Assembly: GCA_027293415.1 (NCBI GenBank)
Contig: JAPUFX010000053.1
Location: forward strand, 14,874 to 78,873
Length of the DNA: 64,000 nucleotides
DNA from: Candidatus Methylomirabilota bacterium
Lineage (GTDB): Bacteria; Methylomirabilota; Methylomirabilia; Methylomirabilales; CSP1-5
Reading direction: 5' to 3'
The translations under genes were made by a program, and so were the position numbers. Below are positions 58,640 through 64,000 of this stretch, one piece after another. The first letter of the stretch is position 1; each line of letters begins with the position of its first letter. The notes beneath the pieces are model-generated. The model did not search any database. It was not told the origin of the DNA and was given only the letters and a program-made list of their open reading frames with translations.

Positions 58640-59740
58640 ATGCGGGTTTACGGCGGGTGGGGTACCTGTTCGTACGGTGTTTCGTACAGACAACTTGTGG
58701 ACCGCCTCGTGTAGGTCTCCCTCTGAGACTATAGCATACCGCCGGTAGATCGACTCGGTTTTGTGGCCGATCAGCTTCATGGCCGCAGACCGACTCACCC
58801 CGGCCCGTTCGAGGTTCCGCACGACTGTACGCCGGAAGTCGTGCGGGATACGGCCAGGACACCCCGCGAGGCGGACTGCCCTCTGCCACACCTTGCGAAA
58901 GTATCTGATGGGGTGTCCCTGGCGGTGGAACACGTGAGGCACGATCACCCCTAGATCCCGCTGGACTCGCTCGGTGTAGGCCCACTGTGCCTTGAGGAGG
59001 TCCCGTAGCTCGGGGAACGGGGCAAAGGGAAACGTGCGCCCGTCTCGATTCTTCGTCGTTCCAGGCTCCAACCGCACTACCCCACTCTTGAAGTCCACCT
59101 GTCGCCAGGTGAGGGATTGAGCCTCCGACACCCGCCAGCCGGTCAGGTAGAGGAACTGCACGAGGGGGCGAAGTAGCTCGGGGAGGTAACGGAGTACAGC
59201 CTCATACTGATGGGGCTCAAAGAAGCCCGTCCGTACGTTGTCCTCCTTCAGCGTACAGATATGGGGGACGCGGGGGATCTCCTCGCGCTGATGGGCCAGG
59301 TTGAACGCTCGACGCACAGCGGTGAGTTCCCGGTTGATCGTCGCGTTACTCGCCCCTTCAGTGTGTCGCTGAGAGACGTAGCGGTCCACCAAGGAGGGGG
59401 TGACCTCGACGGCCCTCAGGTGGCCAAAGAAGGCCCGTATGTGCTTGAGGGCTCCCTTGAGACGACGCAGAGAACGCCGTCCGTTGATCTCGTACTCGGT
59501 GATGAGGTCGTCCAGCAGCGTGCTTACCCTCACCCGACCCTGCCTGGGGCTAACGAGCTTCCCCTCCTCCACCTCTGCCAATCGCCTTCTTAGGAATAGC
59601 CTGGCCTCCTCTTTATCCGTTGTCCGGGTGGATTCCGTCTTGAGTTTCCCGTCCGCGTTGACGAAGCGGATGTAGTAGAATTTGCTATCAACGACTTCTC
59701 CGTCTGGCTTCTTAGTCTTGGATATAAATGGTTCTCGCAT
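58601..59740 (-). CDS. int: tyrosine recombinase / phage-type integrase
   Basis: Catalytic residues are present: Arg (TGWRVSEA), HDFRRT, and GHKTESIYRRY. N-terminal arm/SAM-like domain. GGGAGGAG RBS. The last 39 nt of the ORF lie inside the tRNA gene. Confidence 0.92.
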   Translation of the reverse strand: MREPFISKTKKPDGEVVDSKFYYIRFVNADGKLKTESTRTTDKEEARLFLRRRLAEVEEGKLVSPRQGRVRVSTLLDDLITEYEINGRRSLRRLKGALKHIRAFFGHLRAVEVTPSLVDRYVSQRHTEGASNATINRELTAVRRAFNLAHQREEIPRVPHICTLKEDNVRTGFFEPHQYEAVLRYLPELLRPLVQFLYLTGWRVSEAQSLTWRQVDFKSGVVRLEPGTTKNRDGRTFPFAPFPELRDLLKAQWAYTERVQRDLGVIVPHVFHRQGHPIRYFRKVWQRAVRLAGCPGRIPHDFRRTVVRNLERAGVSRSAAMKLIGHKTESIYRRYAIVSEGDLHEAVHKLSVRNTVRTGTPPAVNPHGPVAQVDRAEVS

Positions 59741-59782
59741 CGCGTCTCCTCCCTTCGTTTAGTCTATGTATAGCTTCTACTA

Positions 59783-59920
59783 CTAGTTCTCCCCAGGGCA
59801 CAGTAGGCAAAGACCGTCCGGCTCGTCGATCACGCTCCACGCAGCTGGGCTGTAAAGTCGAATGTGCTCGTCACACAGGGTCATGGCCGTCCCGTTGGTC
59901 AGTTCCACTCGGTAGGTCAT
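59783..59920 (-). CDS. unlisted 45-aa ORF with CDEH...CLLC motif
   Basis: MTYRVELTNGTAMTLCDEHIRLYSPAAWSVIDEPDGLCLLCPGEN. Its ATG overlaps the TGA of the upstream gene (ATGA). It is too short for the ORF track. Confidence 0.4.
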   Translation of the reverse strand: MTYRVELTNGTAMTLCDEHIRLYSPAAWSVIDEPDGLCLLCPGEN

Positions 59921-60603
59921 CTCAGCGGCCCTCCCTCTATCCTCTCGATCTGCTGGCGTTCCTCCTGCAAGATCCTTTGGAGTCTTTCGTTGATTTCTTG
60001 GGTTCGTACATCTGCCACGATCGCAGCGCCATATTGTGTCATCGCCATCTCCAAAAGCTCCTGCATTACTTTGATAACTTCCTGGCGCTTTTCTGCACGG
60101 ATCTTCATCCTTTCAACATCACCGGGGAACTCCATCCTTCCCCGTGCCCTATACTCTGAAAGAATATTGTTCATCTCCACTAGCCTAGACTTCACGATGG
60201 TGGCAGCGAGGACCAGGCTATGGTCGGCCCATCGGTGGAAAAGAGGGTCACTCAACGCAGCTTGGAGGGCGTCGGTGCTAACTTCACCTACGAAAATGAC
60301 TCCAGGGGCGACCATCTTGCGGATATTGTTCAATATGGTGTGATCGTTCGCGCTTTCGACTAAGACACCTTGAATCAATCGCGCAAACTGTTCTTTTTCC
60401 TCCGCCTCCCTTCGAGCGGCTTCACTCCTTTCCTCCTCCCGCCTCCGCCGGTTTTCCTTGGAAAAGGAGAGATAGACACCTGAGAAGGTGGCCGCGAAGG
60501 CGATTGCGGCAGTAATGAAGTCCGTTGTAGAGAGAAAGATATAGGCGAGAACGATCCCGGCGCATACTGCAAGACCTATAAGTTGTTTCATCCGTCGTGT
60601 CAT
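59917..60603 (-). CDS. hypothetical membrane protein (2 N-terminal TM + charged coiled region)
   Basis: Helices LIGLAVCAGIVLAYIFL and AAIAFAATFSGVYL are followed by an RRRREEERSEAARREAEEKE stretch. ATGA coupling at both ends. Confidence 0.5.
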   Translation of the reverse strand: MTRRMKQLIGLAVCAGIVLAYIFLSTTDFITAAIAFAATFSGVYLSFSKENRRRREEERSEAARREAEEKEQFARLIQGVLVESANDHTILNNIRKMVAPGVIFVGEVSTDALQAALSDPLFHRWADHSLVLAATIVKSRLVEMNNILSEYRARGRMEFPGDVERMKIRAEKRQEVIKVMQELLEMAMTQYGAAIVADVRTQEINERLQRILQEERQQIERIEGGPLR

Positions 60604-61232
60604 GCCTCACCACCTCCTTTCTCCATTCGTCCTCGACGTAACGCCTCTTTTACTTGGACGACGGTCAAGCCCAACCGCTCCGAAACTTCCCGCCGTCCTA
60701 TTCCCTGGTTCACCATATCAAAGATCCGCTTGTCTCGTTTGCTCCGTTGCTGGCGACGTTCCCTCGCACCTCCCTTCTCTATCGCGGTCTGTAGCATGGT
60801 GATGGTCCATGCGTCACTCTTGAGTTGGTAAAGGGCCTCCCGGTGAGTAAGCCCATTTTTGAGAAGCTGCTTGTACAAGGCATGGACGGCGACCTGTTGC
60901 ATCTCCCATTGCCGTTGGGACTCCGCAAGGGACGCTCGGAGGTCGGCCTGCTTCTTTTGCTCCTGCCAGGTTGCCCGCTGTAGCTTCTCCTTGAAGTCAT
61001 GGGCCTGGGCTTGCAGGTTGGCAAGGAGGAGAGATGCCCACTGGAGCGGGAGGGTGATACTAACACGTCCGTCCGGGTGGGGTTCAACGGTCAGGTTGGG
61101 GACGAGCCCACCAAGACGGTTCAGAGTAGCGGGGATGAGGCGCTTGAGGTGGGCGGGAGAGGCGGTCGTCTCCCCGGCCCTTGGGTCACTGTTTGGTCCC
61201 ATCAGCGTGCTAGGCGAGAACCGATCCCGCAC
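60600..61232 (-). CDS. hypothetical protein with C-terminal HTH (sigma70-r4/LuxR-like)
   Basis: RDKRIFDMVNQGIGRREVSERLGLTVVQVKEALRR. GTG start follows GAGGAGGAG. Confidence 0.5.
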   Translation of the reverse strand: MRDRFSPSTLMGPNSDPRAGETTASPAHLKRLIPATLNRLGGLVPNLTVEPHPDGRVSITLPLQWASLLLANLQAQAHDFKEKLQRATWQEQKKQADLRASLAESQRQWEMQQVAVHALYKQLLKNGLTHREALYQLKSDAWTITMLQTAIEKGGARERRQQRSKRDKRIFDMVNQGIGRREVSERLGLTVVQVKEALRRGRMEKGGGEA

Positions 61233-61262
61233 CGTCTCCTCCTCGTCTGCGGCGGTATACCA

Positions 61263-61403
61263 TTACTTCCGCCTCCTCCCCCGCCAGCGCCTCCGGGCCA
61301 AAGCTCGCATCTGTCTCGCTCGCTCCTTGGGCGGGATGCCCTCCCATCGGCGTTTCCCGAGGGCCACTGCTCCGGGGTCCTTCTGTCTGACTTTCGAGGC
61401 CAT
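61263..61403 (-). CDS. unlisted 46-aa arginine-rich protein
   Basis: MASKVRQKDPGAVALGKRRWEGIPPKERARQMRALARRRWRGRRRK. AAAGGAG RBS. About 40% identical to the divergent 45-aa ORF at 61539. Confidence 0.45.
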   Translation of the reverse strand: MASKVRQKDPGAVALGKRRWEGIPPKERARQMRALARRRWRGRRRK

Positions 61404-61430
61404 TTGGTACGCTCCTTTCCATACGTAATT

Positions 61431-61478
61431 ATACGACCGCTCGTATTAGGGTGTCAAGGGAAAAATACGACCGCTCGT
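61431..61478. promoter_or_regulatory. two copies of palindromic operator ATACGACCGCTCGT in a divergent promoter region
   Basis: Exact 14-mer at 61431-61444 and 61465-61478. The first copy extends to a perfect palindrome ATACGA-CCGC-TCGTAT. Confidence 0.45.
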
Positions 61479-61538
61479 GGACCACAAAAGGAGGTTGTCC
61501 CCAGCGTCCCCGTGTGGTAAAGGACGACGGGAGGCAGG

Positions 61539-61676
61539 GTGGGGAAGAAGCAGAAAAAGAAGTCACAAGCAGCCGTCTCACTCGGTCGCAAACGTTGGGC
61601 CGGGGTGTCAAAGGAGGACCGCTCACAGGCCATGCGTGAACTGGTCTTGCGTCGATGGAACAAGAGGAAGAAGTAG
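61539..61676 (+). CDS. unlisted 45-aa lysine/arginine-rich protein
   Basis: (M)GKKQKKKSQAAVSLGRKRWAGVSKEDRSQAMRELVLRRWNKRKK. GGGAGG lies upstream of the GTG start. Confidence 0.45.
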   Translation: MGKKQKKKSQAAVSLGRKRWAGVSKEDRSQAMRELVLRRWNKRKK

Positions 61677-61712
61677 CCCCGGCAAAGGACACAAGGAAAA
61701 GGAGGAAAGTCA

Positions 61713-62033
61713 ATGGCGGAAGTACCGGAAGTATACAGCGATGTGTTTTGGGTCACCTTAAATCCCTACACGGCGTTACTTGATTTCGGAACAAGGCTCG
61801 CCCCACTGAGAGAACACGCGCAGCACGAAGAAGGTCAAGAAGCAGAAAACCGCACTTTTCGCGTTGCGGCGCGTATCAGAATGAGCCCGGAGCACGCCAA
61901 AGTGTTGGCTTTCATCCTGCGCCGACACGTTCAGGATTACGAACGCCAAACGGGTATTACCATTGATGTACCCGTACAAATTCTTAATGACCTGAGGATT
62001 CCTCCTGAGGATTGGCGACAATTCGGTCAGTAA
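61713..62033 (+). CDS. DUF3467-like protein
   Basis: AAAGGAGG RBS. YSDVFWVTLNPYTALLDFG and ARIRMSPEHAKVLAFILRRHVQDYERQTG resemble my recollection of the DUF3467 pattern. Confidence 0.5.
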   Translation: MAEVPEVYSDVFWVTLNPYTALLDFGTRLAPLREHAQHEEGQEAENRTFRVAARIRMSPEHAKVLAFILRRHVQDYERQTGITIDVPVQILNDLRIPPEDWRQFGQ

Positions 62034-62051
62034 GAGGCTCCAAGGGCTGGT

Positions 62052-62315
62052 ATGGATATAGTAGCCACAGTACTGAGTATCATTGCATCTATCCTCGCTA
62101 TATCGTCCTTGGTCACTGCACGCAGCGCAATGAGAGACGTTCAAGAGATAAAGAATTATTTTAAACGATCTACTGTCACTGGGGATCAAACGGCTGCGGC
62201 GGCTCTTAATATAACCGCCGACAATGTGAATCTCTCGGTTCAAATTTCGGGACCGGAGCAGCCTCCACCCGTCGAAGGCGAACAGCAAGGTCCGGCGCTT
62301 GAGGCGGCTGATTAG
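62052..62315 (+). CDS. hypothetical small membrane protein (87 aa)
   Basis: N-terminal TM IVATVLSIIASILAISSLV. Lower-GC region. Confidence 0.4.
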   Translation: MDIVATVLSIIASILAISSLVTARSAMRDVQEIKNYFKRSTVTGDQTAAAALNITADNVNLSVQISGPEQPPPVEGEQQGPALEAAD

Positions 62316-62347
62316 AACAACTCTACCTCCCCATACCCCACACAGGG

Positions 62348-63151
62348 TTGAGCGTCGGTGGGGGAAGAAGTCACGCGGAGCATAACGCTTTGAGAAAAGT
62401 CACCAAAGACCGAAGCGAAAATTTTCCATCCGTCCTTTTATTCCGGGAGGACCTGGATACGATCCATGCAATCATGTCGGGGACCTCCGGCACGGGGGTG
62501 GCTATAGTTAGCGGTGATTATGGATATGATTCCATTGATGACCTCGTAGAAAACGTGGGAAAGAGAATAGACGATTTGCGATTCGCCAACCCTCCACTTG
62601 AACTCACATTTAGTCGCAAAAAGGGAACATCCCTATATTCAGTCGATATTGATGCTGCGGAGACCGGGTTTTTGAGGATCAAGGAACTACTAAATAGCCG
62701 CGAAAGGTTTATCAATTATGTGTTTAATCTTACCTTTTGGGGTCTTGCATTTATCGTGTACCTCATCATCCTCATCATCGACAGCTTTGGTGCCAAGTGG
62801 ATATCACCGGGCTATCAATATCAATTCCTCCTGGGCCAACTTCTGGTGGGGATACTCATTGGAATATCCTACGCTACAAAAAATGGACATCTTTCAACTA
62901 TTTTCCTTTCCCATAAACGTGAACGTGAGTCCTTTTGGTCGAGAAATAAGGACGCAATTATTCGTGGAATAATCATCGCCCTCTTTGGAGCACTGGCTGG
63001 GGCACTGGCGACCCGGGCATTAATTAAGCTTCCTGCCTCACTCGGTAACCAGCCCACGCCCGAGGAGAGCAGTCACGAGGTCGTCGGTGAGTCCATCCAA
63101 CGCGACTTCCTCTCCACCAAGTTTGAGGAGACGCGCTCGAAGCCTGCCTAG
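62348..63151 (+). CDS. hypothetical membrane protein: about 130-aa soluble N-domain + 3-4 TM helices
   Basis: TM segments FWGLAFIVYLIILIIDSF, FLLGQLLVGILIGISY and IIRGIIIALFGALAGALA. The start is uncertain (TTG at 62348, TTG at 62390 or ATG at 62474). Confidence 0.5.
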   Translation: MSVGGGRSHAEHNALRKVTKDRSENFPSVLLFREDLDTIHAIMSGTSGTGVAIVSGDYGYDSIDDLVENVGKRIDDLRFANPPLELTFSRKKGTSLYSVDIDAAETGFLRIKELLNSRERFINYVFNLTFWGLAFIVYLIILIIDSFGAKWISPGYQYQFLLGQLLVGILIGISYATKNGHLSTIFLSHKRERESFWSRNKDAIIRGIIIALFGALAGALATRALIKLPASLGNQPTPEESSHEVVGESIQRDFLSTKFEETRSKPA

Positions 63152-63162
63152 CTTCCGCTCCA

Positions 63163-63372
63163 TCACTTCGCCAGGCGCACCCCGACCACCTCATCGAGGA
63201 GGACGACCACCTTCCCCTCGCTGGACGAGAAGCTGAGAAGGTGCTCACGTTTGGGGTCGTGCTCCAGGTAGGCAATCGACACCTCACCTGTGGCCTCGAC
63301 CCACCCGCCAGGGAGCAGAACTGCTCTGATTGCCTTGCCGTCCGCTAACTCGATGAATTGATCCTCGGTCAT
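63163..63372 (-). CDS. hypothetical small protein (69 aa)
   Basis: AAAGGAGG lies 7 nt upstream of the ATG at 63372. The track start at 63414 lies inside the repeat array. Confidence 0.4.
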   Translation of the reverse strand: MTEDQFIELADGKAIRAVLLPGGWVEATGEVSIAYLEHDPKREHLLSFSSSEGKVVVLLDEVVGVRLAK

Positions 63373-63412
63373 TTTGGCCTCCTTTCGCCCCCCGTAGGCT
63401 CGGGGGAGGTCC

Positions 63413-63535
63413 ACAGTCTCATCTACAGTCTCATAGGGGTGAGACTGTGGAAACGTCTTGAAAAATATAGTTTATTCTTATACTGAACCCCTACAGTCTC
63501 ACAGTCTCACGGGACTGGCCCCAGCGTGAGACTAT
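63413..63535. repeat. array of six ACAGTCTCA / TGAGACTGT 9-mers around an AT-rich core
   Basis: Direct copies at 63413, 63425, 63493 and 63501. Inverted copies at 63440 and, with one mismatch, at 63527. Confidence 0.6.
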
Positions 63536-64000
63536 GGCTTTGAGAGCACGTCCCGGACAGGGGCAGTCTTTGTCTGTTTCTCCTGGAGCCCCCCTGCTCT
63601 GACTGCCTTAGCGACCCAGCGGTACGCGGTCGGTCTGGCTATCCCCCACCTCTCCTGAAGCGTTTTGCTGACAGCCTGTTTCTCCACTTCTCCCGCCTGG
63701 AAGGAGTCAAACGCCTCCAGGACCTTTGGCGTCTCGCTGTCCTCCTTCGACGTGGTAGGCACCCCCTCAAGCAAGGCTGCCAGGTCCCCCTCGTCTTCCC
63801 CCATCCAACTGACCTTTGTTTCGTGGCCTCGTGGGGGGATCGAAAAGACGAGGGTGGATGACAGGGAGGAGCTATTCGATTTAATTGAACCGTAGAGCCG
63901 TTCGTCCCGGTCTTTCGGATTCAAGCACAAGTAGTTGACCACCCGACAGATTTCCGTCAGGGCTCCCGAGGCTTTGATGGCGTGTACCGCCGCACGGACT
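63532..64000 (-). CDS. C-terminal part of a larger island protein with terminal HTH-like segment; 5' end beyond window
   Basis: The frame stays open upstream of the GTG at 63942 to the window edge (...VRAAVHAIKASGALTEICRVVNYLC...). The C-terminus reads WGIARPTAYRWVAKAV. Confidence 0.5.
   Translation of the reverse strand, partial: VRAAVHAIKASGALTEICRVVNYLCLNPKDRDERLYGSIKSNSSSLSSTLVFSIPPRGHETKVSWMGEDEGDLAALLEGVPTTSKEDSETPKVLEAFDSFQAGEVEKQAVSKTLQERWGIARPTAYRWVAKAVRAGGLQEKQTKTAPVRDVLSKP

Larger units (their letters stand above)
58563..64000. mobile_element. tRNA-Arg-associated integrative island (right end not in window)
   Basis: An integrase abuts and overlaps the tRNA, all downstream genes are of unknown function, operator repeats are present, and GC drops locally at 62.0-63.0 kb. 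Confidence 0.6.

Noticed and set aside
58505-58714. 69-aa + strand ORF
   Set aside because: It runs antisense across the tRNA-Arg gene and the integrase 3' end.
60859-61520. 189-aa and 173-aa + strand ORFs and the 70-aa - strand ORF (61210-61422)
   Set aside because: They overlap the better-supported 210-aa gene and the 46-aa mini-protein. They have Arg/Gly/Pro-rich translations and no RBS.

Overview
High-GC bacterial chromosomal window (hand counts of typical 60-nt lines give about 55-62% GC). It is densely coded, mostly housekeeping operons on the + strand, and ends in a tRNA-linked integrative island. Gene order: sat (5' cut)-cobA-NIL; a SAM-I riboswitch leading a NIL / threonine-synthase-like / CysO-like sulfur-carrier operon; etfBA plus a membrane Fe-S oxidoreductase; a leaderless BtuF-type protein; a split B12 acyl-CoA mutase with an ICM-type Phe/Gln pocket, MeaB and CoA-transferase A/B; a short relic of a homocysteine-methyltransferase domain; a self-contained small-protein gene; GT4 plus amylo-1,6-glucosidase; phaR; recA; pilT; alaS; psd-pssA-leuA-(structured spacer)-leuCD-asd-truA; adh; leuS-lptE-holA; rpsT (-); murJ; an extra ThDP enzyme plus ilvBNC; miaA-aroA-cmk-plsC-rpsA-sppA-ihfB; class III cyclase-HIT-DUF151 nuclease. 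The - strand then carries a TPR protein, REC-PilZ, PilZ, tRNA-Arg(CCT) and a tyrosine integrase whose ORF ends inside the tRNA. From about 58.6 kb to the window edge lies an island of unknown genes. It has a five-gene translationally coupled module ending in int, divergent paralogous Arg-rich mini-proteins around palindromic operators, a lower-GC membrane-protein cargo, and a 9-mer repeat array. A dispersed GTTCAGR heptad palindromic element occurs twice, directly after stop codons. I saw no rRNA, CRISPR array or transposase. All calls rest on reading the translations and sequence by eye; no searches were run.
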